Assembly (NCBI GenBank): GCA_042090735.1
Contig: JBELIU010000001.1
Coordinates: forward strand, 1 to 47,337
Length of the DNA: 47,337 nt
DNA from: Novosphingopyxis sp.
Lineage (GTDB): Bacteria; Pseudomonadota; Alphaproteobacteria; Sphingomonadales; Sphingomonadaceae
Direction: 5' to 3'
In this document: positions 10,226-20,290 of the stretch, in pieces
Layout: the number at the start of each line of letters is the position of its first letter
Numbering within the stretch: position 1 is the stretch's first letter
Made by a program: the position numbers and the translations under genes
Notes under the pieces: model-generated
Databases searched by the model: none
Told to the model about the DNA's origin: nothing
What the model saw: the letters and a program-made list of their open reading frames with translations, nothing else

Positions 10226-11095
10226 TCAGTCCTTGGGTCTGTAGACCTGGTCCGCAGAGGGGAATTCGCGCGCGCGCACTTCGCGGGCATAATGCTCCAC
10301 CGCCTCTGTCATCATCGATGCCATGTCGCCATAACGCTTCACGAAGCGGGGCGTGCGTTCGAACAGGCCGAGCATGTCTTCGGTCACCAGCACCTGGCCG
10401 TCGCAATTGGCGGAGGCACCGATGCCGATCACCGGCACATCGAGGGCCCTTACGATCGCATCGGCCAACGTCTCGACCACGCCTTCGGCCACCACCGCGA
10501 AGGCGCCCGCGTCCGCCACCGCCTTCGCATCGCCCATGATCTTTTGATATTCCGCATCCGATCGTCCCCGCGCGCCATAACCACCCAGAGCGTTCACCGC
10601 TTGCGGGGTGAGGCCTACATGACCCATCACCGGGATGCCGCGCTCGGTGAGAAAGCGCACCGTCTCCGCCATCGCAGCGCCGCCTTCCAGCTTCACCGCG
10701 GCCGCGCCGGTGTCCGCCATGATCCGGCTGGCGTTTTCGAATGCCTGCACGTGGGAGCCCTCGTAACTGCCGAACGGCATGTCGACCACGACGGCAGCGT
10801 GATAGCTGCCGCGCGAGACGGCGGCCCCATGCGCGCACATCATGTCCAGCGTGACGGGGAGGGTGGACGGCAGACCATAGATCACCTGGCCCAGCGAATC
10901 GCCGACCAGCAGAATGTCGCAATGTGGATCCAGTAACTGCGCGGTGCGCACGGTGTAAGCGGTTAGCATTACCAGCGGCTCCGCGTTCCCGTCACCCTTG
11001 CGCGCCTTGATGGCGGGGATGGTCACTCGCTTCATCGGCTTGGGCGTGGGGGTGGCGCGGCTGGTGGCGCTGTCTACGGTGAAGGTGGTGGACAT
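10226..11095 (-). CDS. panB: 3-methyl-2-oxobutanoate hydroxymethyltransferase
   Basis: [35 protein letters not shown]...DGQVLV. Confidence 0.97.
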   Translation of the reverse strand: MSTTFTVDSATSRATPTPKPMKRVTIPAIKARKGDGNAEPLVMLTAYTVRTAQLLDPHCDILLVGDSLGQVIYGLPSTLPVTLDMMCAHGAAVSRGSYHAAVVVDMPFGSYEGSHVQAFENASRIMADTGAAAVKLEGGAAMAETVRFLTERGIPVMGHVGLTPQAVNALGGYGARGRSDAEYQKIMGDAKAVADAGAFAVVAEGVVETLADAIVRALDVPVIGIGASANCDGQVLVTEDMLGLFERTPRFVKRYGDMASMMTEAVEHYAREVRAREFPSADQVYRPKD

Positions 11096-11146
11096 GATCG
11101 ATGCCTTCCTGAGTGAGGGCCTGAATGGGCCCGGCGGTCGGACCGG

Positions 11147-11824
11147 TTAGTGGAAGCGACGCCGGAGAAACGGAACCGGGCGGCGCCCGCGCCCGGCCCA
11201 GTCGGCCAGGAAGGCAAGCCCGGTGAAAACCACCAGCATCAATATCGCGAACATCGTGACATCGCTATCCTCCGGCCCGAACCAGTTGAACAGCTGCAAT
11301 GCCAGCATGACGGCGGCAAGAATGTAGACCCGGCTATGCCCTGCATGGCGCACCGGCGGCCGCGTCGCGCGGATATAGAAAAAGAACGCAGCGCCCGTGA
11401 GCACAAGCTCCAGCACGATGGCGTAAGCGGGCGCGTTCCAGAGGCCGAAGCCGAATTTGGGTGGGCCGCCCGCCAAGCTGAGATCGGCGCCATGGACGAG
11501 GAGATCGATGAACCAGTGCGACAGGACGACGAGACCCGCCAGGATCGCGGGGCGGACTTTCCGGTGATAGATATAGACCGGCACCGCGAACAGGATCGCC
11601 GCGATGATCGTGCCCACCAGACTATGGCTAAGCGGCATGTCATAGAGATCGAACGGCACCAGCTTGGTTGCGCCTTCCAGAAACCGCATATGTTCGATAT
11701 CCGTCAGCAGGAAAATCGCGAACAGATAATCGACGAACTGCGCCGCCACGAACAGGATGCCGAGCTTCGGTGATTTGCGCTGCGCCGCAACGACCAGCGC
11801 CGGTGCATAATGACCGATAAAGAT
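11147..11824 (-). CDS. Membrane-bound metal-dependent hydrolase-like protein (YdjM-type His motifs); start codon is ATC or mutated
   Basis: Frame reads (I)FIGHYAPAL...AQFVD...PLSHSL...SHWFIDLLVH...GLWN. The position of the family-typical first Met is ATC; the first canonical start is GTG 11749. Confidence 0.7.
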   Translation of the reverse strand: MFIGHYAPALVVAAQRKSPKLGILFVAAQFVDYLFAIFLLTDIEHMRFLEGATKLVPFDLYDMPLSHSLVGTIIAAILFAVPVYIYHRKVRPAILAGLVVLSHWFIDLLVHGADLSLAGGPPKFGFGLWNAPAYAIVLELVLTGAAFFFYIRATRPPVRHAGHSRVYILAAVMLALQLFNWFGPEDSDVTMFAILMLVVFTGLAFLADWAGRGRRPVPFLRRRFH

Positions 11825-11968
11825 AAAACGGACCCCACCCTTCGAGTAAGCGGCACCAATCGCCGCTCGCCCGTGGCGCTGTCAACCCAACTGGGCAGAT
11901 GCGGGCGCTCCTGAGGCTCGGTTCGGCTCGAACGGGGTCCAACCGCGAAACGATCTGTTTGGCGACGC

Positions 11969-12000
11969 AAAAAAAAGGGCGCCGGATAGCCGGCGCCCTT
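11969..12000 (-). terminator. Rho-independent terminator for the 12026-12466 lipoprotein gene
   Basis: Minus strand AAGGGCGCCGG-CTAT-CCGGCGCCC followed by a T-run. Confidence 0.9.
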
Positions 12001-12025
12001 CGAGAATTCTGTGACTTCCGAGCGC

Positions 12026-12466
12026 TTAGCTGGACTTGCAGCTCTGCATGTCCTTGCCGGGCAGCTGCACCTGGATGGTCTGGCCGGTGCCCTTCAGCGC
12101 ATAGCCTTCGCCGCCGGTCAGCGTCATGTCGCCACCGTCAGCGGTCTCGGGCGTCGCGCCCGCTTCCGGAGTGGCGCCTGCCATCGGCGTGGCGGCGGCC
12201 GGCGCGTTCAGGATAATCGGCTGGCCGTTCTGCTCGGTACGGATGCCGGCGCGCTCACCGCCCTGATAGAAATCGACATAAACGACCGAGCTGTCCGCGC
12301 AGCGATATACGCCGCTGTCTACGATCGGCGGCGGCAGGTCGATGGGCGCGTCGGCTGCGGCAGTGGTTGCCTCGGCCTCGGGATCGGCGGCGGCGTTTTC
12401 GCTGTTGTTGCAGGCGGAGAGCGCCAGAAGCGCCATAGGGGCAAGGGAGAGAAAAGTAAGACGCAT
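12026..12466 (-). CDS. Lipoprotein of unknown function (Y-R-C-x-D small beta domain)
   Basis: ATG 12466 after GGAG; signal peptide with lipobox LSAC; IDLPPPI...YRCADSSVVYVDF...C-terminal Cys. Confidence 0.8.
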   Translation of the reverse strand: MRLTFLSLAPMALLALSACNNSENAAADPEAEATTAAADAPIDLPPPIVDSGVYRCADSSVVYVDFYQGGERAGIRTEQNGQPIILNAPAAATPMAGATPEAGATPETADGGDMTLTGGEGYALKGTGQTIQVQLPGKDMQSCKSS

Positions 12467-12592
12467 GGAAACTCCGGTTGGCTTTTTTTGCGCATTGCAC
12501 AATGAACGGTGCGCCGCGCGGTTCCAAGTGAAAAATGAGAGATGGATGCCGCCCTCCTTGACCCGATCCGTAGGGGCGGCCATGCAGCGGGC

Positions 12593-12856
12593 ATGACCGA
12601 CGAAGCGGAAACAAGCCCGGTTGGGGCGACCGAGAATTTGAGTTTCGAGGAGGCGCTGAAGCGGCTCGAGGAAATCGTGAACCAACTTGAGCGCGGCGAT
12701 GTGCCGCTCGACAAGTCGATCGATCTTTACGCCGAGGGGGATCGTCTGCGCGCGCAGTGCCAGAAACGCCTCGATGCGGCGCGCGCCAAGATCGACCAGA
12801 TTCGCGTGAAGGCGGACGGCACACCGGGCGGCACCACGCCGTTTGGCGACGCCTGA
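12593..12856 (+). CDS. xseB: Exodeoxyribonuclease VII small subunit
   Basis: LSFEEALKRLEEIVNQLERGDVPLDKSIDLYAEG; xseB-ispA gene order. Confidence 0.95.
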   Translation: MTDEAETSPVGATENLSFEEALKRLEEIVNQLERGDVPLDKSIDLYAEGDRLRAQCQKRLDAARAKIDQIRVKADGTPGGTTPFGDA

Positions 12857-12870
12857 ACCGGGGTCTGCCG

Positions 12871-13779
12871 ATGGCGTCCAGCACCGTGCATCCGATCAGC
12901 CTCCATTCCGCATTCGACCGGATCTCGGCGGAGATCGACGCGCTTTTTGAACATTTGCTAAAAACGCCCGAAGATGCGCGTGCCCGGCTCTACGATGCGA
13001 TGCGCCACGCCGCAGTGGGCGGCGGCAAGCGGCTGCGGCCGCTGCTGCTCGTCACCATAGCCGAATTGTTCGGGGTGGAACGGGGGGCGGCAATCCGCGC
13101 GGCGGGCGCGGTGGAAGCGATCCACGTCTACTCGCTGATCCATGACGATCTGCCGGCGATGGACGATGATGATCTGCGGCGCGGCAAGCCCACCGTCCAC
13201 AAGGCCTATGATGAGGCGACGGCCGTGCTGGCGGGAGACAGCCTGCACGCGCTCGCCTTCGAGCTACTCGCGGATGAAGCAGTGCATGGCGACCCGTTCG
13301 TGCGCATCGAACTGGTCCGCATTCTGGCCGAGGCAAGCGGCCCGGACGGCATGGCCGGCGGCCAGATGATGGACCTGGAAGCGGACAAGCAGGGCTATGA
13401 CCTGCACACGGTGACCCGCCTTCAGCAGTTGAAGACCGGCGCCCTGATCTGCGCTTCGGTGGAGATGGGAGCGGCGCTCGGCCGGGCATCGGACGAAGCG
13501 CGCACCGCTTTGCGCGGCTATGCGAGGGACATCGGCCTTGCCTTCCAGATCGCAGACGACCTGATGGACGTCGAGGGCGATGAGGAAAAAGCCGGCAAGG
13601 CGCTGCGCAAGGACGAGGCGCAGGGCAAGGAGACATTCGTCACCCTGCTCGGTCTGGAGCGCGCACGCGAACAGGCGCATATCTTGACCGAACAGGCAAT
13701 CGGCCATCTCAGCGGCTTTGGCCAGGAGGCCGATCTTTTGCGCGCATTGGCCCGCTTCATCGTCGAGCGCGACCGCTAA
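12871..13779 (+). CDS. ispA: Farnesyl diphosphate synthase
   Basis: GGKRLRP, SLIHDDLPAMDDDDLRRG, FQIADD. Confidence 0.95.
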   Translation: MASSTVHPISLHSAFDRISAEIDALFEHLLKTPEDARARLYDAMRHAAVGGGKRLRPLLLVTIAELFGVERGAAIRAAGAVEAIHVYSLIHDDLPAMDDDDLRRGKPTVHKAYDEATAVLAGDSLHALAFELLADEAVHGDPFVRIELVRILAEASGPDGMAGGQMMDLEADKQGYDLHTVTRLQQLKTGALICASVEMGAALGRASDEARTALRGYARDIGLAFQIADDLMDVEGDEEKAGKALRKDEAQGKETFVTLLGLERAREQAHILTEQAIGHLSGFGQEADLLRALARFIVERDR

Positions 13780-13796
13780 ACAAGAGGCATATCGTC

Positions 13797-14291
13797 ATGC
13801 GAATCGGCATTTATCCGGGCACATTCGATCCTATCACGCTGGGTCATATGGATATTATCCGTCGCGGCGCGAAGCTGGTCGACAAGCTGGTGATCGGCGT
13901 CACCACCAATCCGTCCAAGAACCCCATGTTCGACGTCGAGGAACGTCTGGCGATGGTCCGGCGCGAAGTGGCGGACATCGAAGGCACGGAGATCGAAGTA
14001 ACGAGCTTCGGCAACCTCCTGATGCATTTCGCCGAGGAAGTGGGTGCTTCCGTCATCGTGCGCGGCCTGCGCGCCGTGGCCGATTTCGAATATGAGTATC
14101 AGATGGCGGGCATGAACCAGCAACTGAACGACGATATCGAAACGGTCTTCCTGATGGCCGATGTCTCGTTGCAGCCCATCGCATCGCGCCTCGTCAAGGA
14201 AATCGCAATTTTCGATGGCGACATCTCCAAATTCGTCACGCAGAAGGTGCGTGAAGAAGTGGTGGCACGGGTGGAGAAACAGCGGGGCTGA
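13797..14291 (+). CDS. coaD: Phosphopantetheine adenylyltransferase
   Basis: YPGTFDPITLGH, RGLRAVADFEYE. Confidence 0.98.
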   Translation: MRIGIYPGTFDPITLGHMDIIRRGAKLVDKLVIGVTTNPSKNPMFDVEERLAMVRREVADIEGTEIEVTSFGNLLMHFAEEVGASVIVRGLRAVADFEYEYQMAGMNQQLNDDIETVFLMADVSLQPIASRLVKEIAIFDGDISKFVTQKVREEVVARVEKQRG

Positions 14292-14460
14292 GCGTGCGGT
14301 GCGAGAGGAAAAGTCTCAACTTCTCCGCGCCTTAGCATTCTCGTCAAATGCGGTCTGGGCCGCAGCAGTGCCCCGTGGCCCGAAGCTTTCATTCATGACA
14401 GAGCCAGCCAGGTTCGCTAAAGGCGCAGTCCATTCTCTTGTGTCAGGACGATCCAAACCG

Positions 14461-15129
14461 ATGCGTATTGCCAGCCTCTTTGCCTTCGTCTTTGCGATGC
14501 TGCTGGGCGTTTCCGCCCATGCGCAGTCGGTCGGCACGGTCAACGCGCCGGTGGACGATACCGATCTCAGCAACGTCCTCTATCTCGATCTGTCGAGCGG
14601 CGGGCGGGTGACGGTGCGGCTCTACCCCACCGTTGCACCCAGCCATGTCGAGCGGATCAAGACGCTGACCCGTCAGGGCTTCTATGACGGCGTGAAATTC
14701 CACCGCGTGATCGAAGGCTTCATGGCGCAGACCGGCGATCCCACCGCCACCGGCACCGGTGGTTCGGATTTGCCGGATCTGAAGGCAGAATTCAGCAAAC
14801 TGCCGCATCTCCGCGGTACGTTGTCGATGGCGCGCGCACAGAGCGAAGACAGCGCGAACAGCCAGTTCTTCATCGTCTTCCAGCCTAATTTCAAACTTGA
14901 CAACAAATATACGATCTTCGGCCGCGTCACCTCAGGCATGGAATATGTCGATGCGATCCAGCGCGGCGAGCCGCCGGCTTATCCGGACATCGTCATCCAG
15001 GCCTCGCTTGGTGATGCACCGAAGCCGGAGCCTGATTACGCCGCGGTTCGTGCGCGCCTGAATGCGGCTGCGGTGGCCCCCGCGTCTGCGCCCAGCGCTG
15101 CCGATCTGAACGCCCCGATCGGCCAGTGA
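14461..15129 (+). CDS. Periplasmic cyclophilin-type peptidyl-prolyl isomerase
   Basis: Signal peptide; [29 protein letters not shown]. Confidence 0.95.
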   Translation: MRIASLFAFVFAMLLGVSAHAQSVGTVNAPVDDTDLSNVLYLDLSSGGRVTVRLYPTVAPSHVERIKTLTRQGFYDGVKFHRVIEGFMAQTGDPTATGTGGSDLPDLKAEFSKLPHLRGTLSMARAQSEDSANSQFFIVFQPNFKLDNKYTIFGRVTSGMEYVDAIQRGEPPAYPDIVIQASLGDAPKPEPDYAAVRARLNAAAVAPASAPSAADLNAPIGQ

Positions 15130-15154
15130 GCCAGGCCGGGCGGGAAGATGCGCC

Positions 15155-16183
15155 ATGCGCGTAGACCTGTTCGATTTCGATCTTCCGGCTGATCGGATCG
15201 CGCTGCGCCCGGCATCGCCGCGTGACGCCGCGCGCCTTCTGCTCGTGCAGGGCGATACCCTTGCCGATCGAACGATACGCGATTTGCCCTCGCTTTTGCG
15301 CGCGGGCGACGTGCTCGTCTTCAATGACACCCGCGTCATTCCGGCACAGCTCGAAGGTCGGCGCGGCGAAGCCAAAATCGGTGTCACGCTCCACAAGCGG
15401 ATCGATCTGCGCCGCTGGCAGGCCTTTGTGCGCAACGCCAAGCGGCTTCGCCCGGGCGAGCGCGTAGAGTTCAGCGAAAATGTATCCGCCATCGCGGAGA
15501 AGCGCCTGGAGGATGGCAGCTTCGTCCTTGTCTTCGAGGGCGACGAGCCGGTCGAAACGCTGATCGAGCGCGCGGGCAACATGCCGCTGCCGCCCTATAT
15601 TGCAGCGAAGCGCCCTACCGATGCGCGCGACGCCGACGATTATCAGACCATGTTCGCGCGCGAGAAGGGGGCGGTCGCCGCGCCCACAGCCGCGCTGCAC
15701 TTCACGCCGGGTCTAATTGATGCCTTGCAAGCTGCTGGCGTTACCACAGAAACGCTCACCCTGCATGTCGGGGCTGGCACTTTCCTCCCGGTGAAGGCGG
15801 AGGATACCGAAGCGCACCAGATGCACAGCGAATGGGGGCGCATAGACGCCGCCACCGCCGAACGTCTCAACGCCGTGCGCGCCAATGGCGGACGGCTTAT
15901 CGCCGTCGGTACCACGGTCCTGCGACTGCTCGAAAGCGCGGCGGACGAAGATGGTATGATCCAGCCGTTCGAGGACGACACCGCGATTTTCATCACGCCG
16001 GGCTATCGCTTTCGCGCGATCGACGGCTTGATGACCAACTTCCATCTGCCACGCTCCACGCTATTCATGCTCGTCAGCGCCCTGATGGGGCGTGAAACGA
16101 TGCAGGCCGCTTACGCCCATGCAATTGCCGAGGAATATCGATTCTACAGCTATGGTGACGGAAGCCTTCTATTACCGGACTGA
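15155..16183 (+). CDS. queA: SAM:tRNA ribosyltransferase-isomerase
   Basis: [44 protein letters not shown]. Confidence 0.98.
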   Translation: MRVDLFDFDLPADRIALRPASPRDAARLLLVQGDTLADRTIRDLPSLLRAGDVLVFNDTRVIPAQLEGRRGEAKIGVTLHKRIDLRRWQAFVRNAKRLRPGERVEFSENVSAIAEKRLEDGSFVLVFEGDEPVETLIERAGNMPLPPYIAAKRPTDARDADDYQTMFAREKGAVAAPTAALHFTPGLIDALQAAGVTTETLTLHVGAGTFLPVKAEDTEAHQMHSEWGRIDAATAERLNAVRANGGRLIAVGTTVLRLLESAADEDGMIQPFEDDTAIFITPGYRFRAIDGLMTNFHLPRSTLFMLVSALMGRETMQAAYAHAIAEEYRFYSYGDGSLLLPD

Positions 16184-16278
16184 GGCGTCTGCTGCGCGCG
16201 GCCCATGCCGAGTGCCCAATCCGCCTGCAAACGTCGAAGTTCTAGTATCACCTGGTCGACCTCCGCTAAGCGGTTTGC

Positions 16279-17208
16279 ATGAGCGACTCCCATGCACATC
16301 ACCATCATGGACCAGGCGGGCACAGCCATGCCCCGGCGAATTTTGGCCGCGCCTTTGCCATCGGCACCGCGCTCAATATCGGTTTCGTGGCGATCGAGGG
16401 CGCGGCGGGGCTGATCACCGGCTCGGTCGCGCTGCTGGCCGATGCGGGGCACAATCTGTCCGATGTTCTGGGCCTGCTGATTGCCTGGGGCGGATCCGAG
16501 CTGGCGAAGCGCCCACCATCCGAGCGCTTTACCTATGGCCTGCGCGGCTCCTCGATCCTCGCAGCGATCGCCAATGGCCTTATCCTGATGGTGGCGGTGG
16601 GCATGATCACGCTGGAGGCGATCCAGCGCTTCTCCGATCCGCCGCCTATCCCGGGCGTCACCGTAATGGTGGTGGCCAGCATCGGGATATTGGTGAACGG
16701 CGCCACCGCGATGCTGTTCGCACGTGGACGTAAGGGAGACGTGAACATCGGCGGTGCCTATCTGCACATGGCAGCCGACGCTGCCGTTTCCGCGGGCGTG
16801 GTAGTCGCCGGCGCGCTGATCCTGTTCACCGGCGCGCGCTGGATCGATCCGCTGGTGAGCCTTCTGATCGTCGCGGTGATCCTGTGGAGCACCTGGGGGC
16901 TCCTGCGCGAATCGGTGGCCATGGCGCTCAGCGCGGTGCCGCGGGAGATCGATCCCGGAAGGGTCCGCGCATTACTACAGGACCAGGAAGGGGTCGCCCG
17001 CGTCCATGATCTTCACATCTGGCCGATGAGCACGACCGAAGCCGCGCTGACCGCGCATTTGGTGATGCCTGGGGGCCATCCCGGAGACGACTTCCTTGTA
17101 AAGATGCAGCAAGCCCTCGCGCATGATCACGGCATCGAGCATGTGACCCTGCAGATCGAGATCAGCGAGGATATCCCTTGCCTGCTACATGATGAGAATT
17201 GCGTTTAG
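16279..17208 (+). CDS. Cation diffusion facilitator (CzcD/ZitB-like Zn/Co/Cd exporter)
   Basis: His-rich N-terminus, ALLADAGHNLSD, YLHMAAD, VHDLHIW, HVTLQ. Confidence 0.93.
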   Translation: MSDSHAHHHHGPGGHSHAPANFGRAFAIGTALNIGFVAIEGAAGLITGSVALLADAGHNLSDVLGLLIAWGGSELAKRPPSERFTYGLRGSSILAAIANGLILMVAVGMITLEAIQRFSDPPPIPGVTVMVVASIGILVNGATAMLFARGRKGDVNIGGAYLHMAADAAVSAGVVVAGALILFTGARWIDPLVSLLIVAVILWSTWGLLRESVAMALSAVPREIDPGRVRALLQDQEGVARVHDLHIWPMSTTEAALTAHLVMPGGHPGDDFLVKMQQALAHDHGIEHVTLQIEISEDIPCLLHDENCV

Positions 17209-17729
17209 TCCGCTTGCCCGCGGCAAATGCGATACGGGATCTGGCTCTGATTTGCCGAGCCGACCTCCAACAGCGTAGCAAGTACCGATGCCAAGTTATT
17301 GGCAGGCAAGGGTTCCAGCTGCTGAAGCAGGCGATCGGTCACCGCGCAGGCCTGTACATCCATTTCGAACGCGATCTTACCGGCGAGTGCCGGTGCCAGC
17401 ACCATCTTGGCAAATCCGTCGCCGCCGCTTCCGGGCGCCAGCGGGATACCGGCCAGCTTCGACACGACGCCCCGCGCGGTTGGCCAGGCACGTTCCGCAC
17501 CCGCCTGCCATTTTTGCGACAGTCGCTGCGCGTTGGTGACTAGATAGCTGCGCTGCCCCAGGCTCGGCGCGCACTTGCGGGCCATCTCCGTGGCGAGCGA
17601 TGGCATCACATAAGCCGTGACCGCTTCGTTCTGATCGGGTGTGATGCACGGGCGCTTATCGGCGCTCTGCGCCATGGCGGCGGCAGGCAGGGCAAACATG
17701 GCGGCGGCAAGCGCGAGGCGGGCGATCAT
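17205..17729 (-). CDS. Secreted hypothetical protein with four Cys
   Basis: ATG 17729; Ala-rich signal peptide (AMA/Q); PCIT..., KC, AC, IC. Confidence 0.7.
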   Translation of the reverse strand: MIARLALAAAMFALPAAAMAQSADKRPCITPDQNEAVTAYVMPSLATEMARKCAPSLGQRSYLVTNAQRLSQKWQAGAERAWPTARGVVSKLAGIPLAPGSGGDGFAKMVLAPALAGKIAFEMDVQACAVTDRLLQQLEPLPANNLASVLATLLEVGSANQSQIPYRICRGQAD

Positions 17730-17801
17730 GGCGTTCAACGTCCTGTTCGAAATAAAGGCATTGTGGTTACACACAAGCGAATGAGCGCCAACTGAACCGG
17801 C

Positions 17802-18131
17802 CTAAAGCCGTGGGTCCGTGCGGGACGTCAGCGATCCCCCATAAACGCCGCATTTGCCGCGCGGGACGAAGATCCACGCGTCCGTCTGCCTGTCGAGCCG
17901 GGCGGTGCCCGGCCCCTTCGCGCCGCCGCGATTGTGCTGCGATAGTGCGATACCGTAGCATTTCTCGTGCGACGCAGGCTGAGGCATGGGCACCGGCTCC
18001 TCCGGAGGCTCCATGCTGTAAGCGGTCGGGATCGGCGCGGGCGGCGTTTCCGGCTGCTTCTCGCACGCCGTCAGCAACGTAAGCGATGACGTCACGACGC
18101 CAATCCGCCACACCGCATGCTTCCTGTCCAT
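17802..18131 (-). CDS. DUF2282 / BufA1 (bufferin precursor)-like lipoprotein, central Cys pair absent
   Basis: Lipobox LTAC, Pro/Glu linker, then EKCYGIA...N...GT...D...[11 protein letters not shown]...GGSL. Confidence 0.8.
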   Translation of the reverse strand: MDRKHAVWRIGVVTSSLTLLTACEKQPETPPAPIPTAYSMEPPEEPVPMPQPASHEKCYGIALSQHNRGGAKGPGTARLDRQTDAWIFVPRGKCGVYGGSLTSRTDPRL

Positions 18132-18163
18132 TTGCAATTCCCCCGCCGCGCATTAGGGGATCA

Positions 18164-19297
18164 ATGATGCCACCACGTTTCGAGTTCCACTTGGCCGCAC
18201 GCGACGGCAAGGCGCGCACCGGCGAAATCCGCATGCGGCGCGGCACGATTGCCACGCCCGCCTTCATGCCCGTCGGCACGGCGGCTACTGTCAAGGCGAT
18301 GAAACCGGCAGATGTGCGCGCGGCCGGTGCCGATATCATTCTGGGCAACACCTATCACCTGATGCTGCGCCCCGGCGCGGAGCGGATCGACCGTCTCGGC
18401 GGCCTTCATGCTTTCATGGGGTGGGACCGCCCGATCCTGACCGACAGCGGCGGCTATCAGGTCATGAGCCTCGCCGACTTGCGCAAGATCACCGAGGAAG
18501 GGGTAAGCTTCAAAAGCCATCTCGATGGATCCAAACACATGCTTTCGCCCGAACGATCGATGGAGATCCAGGCGCTGCTGGGCTCCGACATCGTGATGGC
18601 GTTCGACGAATGCCCGCGCGCGGATCAGCCACGCGAGGCGATCGAGGCGTCGATGGAGCTAAGCATGCGCTGGGCGCAACGCTCGCGCGAGGCGTTCGAC
18701 AAGGGCGCGACGGCAGGCTCCAGCGCGCTGTTCGGCATTCAGCAGGGCGCGCTGGACGAAGGGCTTCGCACCCGATCGGCCGAGGCGCTGCGCGCAATAG
18801 GGTTCGATGGCTATGCCGTCGGCGGTCTGGCCGTGGGCGAGGGGCAGGAGGCAATGTTCGCGACGCTCGATTTCGCGCCCGACATGCTGCCCGAAGATGC
18901 GCCGCGCTATCTGATGGGGGTGGGCAAACCGGACGATCTGGTGGGGGCGGTCGAGCGCGGGATCGACATGTTCGATTGCGTGTTGCCGACGCGTTCCGGC
19001 CGCAATGGACAGGCCTTTACCTGGACCGGCCCGATCAATATCCGCAACGCAAAATTTGCCGAAGATCTCGCGCCGCTGGACGAACGCTGCGCTTGCCCCG
19101 TATGTGAGGGCTGGAGCAGGGCCTATCTGCACCATCTGATCCGGGCCGGGGAAATGCTGGGGGCTATGCTGATGACCGAACATAATTTACATTTCTATCA
19201 GCAGCTTATGGCTGGGATGCGAGAAGCCATAGCAGCCGGACAGTTCGCTGATTTTGCCGCTCGTTTCCGTGCGGGCTATCTGAAGGCGGCCGACTGA
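18164..19297 (+). CDS. tgt: tRNA-guanine transglycosylase
   Basis: [37 protein letters not shown], CxCxxC zinc site. Confidence 0.98.
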   Translation: MMPPRFEFHLAARDGKARTGEIRMRRGTIATPAFMPVGTAATVKAMKPADVRAAGADIILGNTYHLMLRPGAERIDRLGGLHAFMGWDRPILTDSGGYQVMSLADLRKITEEGVSFKSHLDGSKHMLSPERSMEIQALLGSDIVMAFDECPRADQPREAIEASMELSMRWAQRSREAFDKGATAGSSALFGIQQGALDEGLRTRSAEALRAIGFDGYAVGGLAVGEGQEAMFATLDFAPDMLPEDAPRYLMGVGKPDDLVGAVERGIDMFDCVLPTRSGRNGQAFTWTGPINIRNAKFAEDLAPLDERCACPVCEGWSRAYLHHLIRAGEMLGAMLMTEHNLHFYQQLMAGMREAIAAGQFADFAARFRAGYLKAAD

Positions 19298-20226
19298 TGC
19301 CATCCGGTCTCGCCGCGCTGCTCGATGATGTCGCAGGAATTGCGAAGCTGGCCGCCGCCTCGGTAGACGATGTCGGTGTGGCTGCCGGCCGCGCGGGCAC
19401 CAAGGCCGCCGGGCTCGTCATCGACGATACTGCGGTCACGCCCAAATATGTCACCGGTCTGAAGCCGGAGCGCGAACTTCCGATCATCTGGCGCATCGCC
19501 AAGGGATCGATTTTCAACAAGCTCGTCATCCTGGTGCCGGTCGCCATGCTGCTCAGCGCATTTCTGCCCTGGGCGCTGACACCGATCCTGATGCTCGGCG
19601 GCACCTATCTATGTTTCGAAGGCGCTGAAAAGGTTTACGAGGCGCTATTCGCAGAAGATCATAAGATCGAGCGCGCCGCCGAAACGCAGAATTCGAAGGA
19701 GCTGGAAGACCAGAAGGTCAAGGGCGCCGTGCGTACCGACATGATCCTCTCGGCCGAGATCGTCGCCATTTCGCTGGGCGAGATAACCGATCAGTCGCTG
19801 GTGACGCAGGCGATCACGCTGGTTGCCGTGTCGATCGCGATCACCGCCGGTGTTTATGGCGCGGTGGGGCTGCTCGTGAAGCTTGACGATATCGGTCTTC
19901 ATCTCGCCAAGGACGAAGGTCCACTGGCCGGATTCGGGCGCGGTCTCGTGAAGGTCATGCCGACGGTTCTGAAAGTGATCAGTGTCGTCGGCACTGCGGC
20001 GATGCTCTGGGTTGGTGGCGGGATCATCGTCCATGGCCTCGAAAGCTTCGGGCTGGAGACCATTCCGCATATCGTCCATTCGGCGACTCATGTGGTTGAA
20101 GAGCGTGCCGGCGGCCTGATCGGCTGGATCGCCGAGGCGGGGCTGTTCGGCGTGGTCGGTATTATCGTCGGCGCAGTGGTCGTCACGGCCCACCATCTCT
20201 GGGTAAAGGCGCGTGGCGGGCATTGA
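19297..20226 (+). CDS. DUF808 (YedI-like) inner membrane protein
   Basis: GLAALLDD, VIDDTAVTP, RELPIIWRIAKGS, RTDMILSAEI. Confidence 0.92.
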   Translation: MPSGLAALLDDVAGIAKLAAASVDDVGVAAGRAGTKAAGLVIDDTAVTPKYVTGLKPERELPIIWRIAKGSIFNKLVILVPVAMLLSAFLPWALTPILMLGGTYLCFEGAEKVYEALFAEDHKIERAAETQNSKELEDQKVKGAVRTDMILSAEIVAISLGEITDQSLVTQAITLVAVSIAITAGVYGAVGLLVKLDDIGLHLAKDEGPLAGFGRGLVKVMPTVLKVISVVGTAAMLWVGGGIIVHGLESFGLETIPHIVHSATHVVEERAGGLIGWIAEAGLFGVVGIIVGAVVVTAHHLWVKARGGH

Positions 20227-20290
20227 CGATGCCGGGCGATCGCGTGGGCGGCCTGTGTCCGAAATGCTCTCTGATTTCTGACGCATTGCC

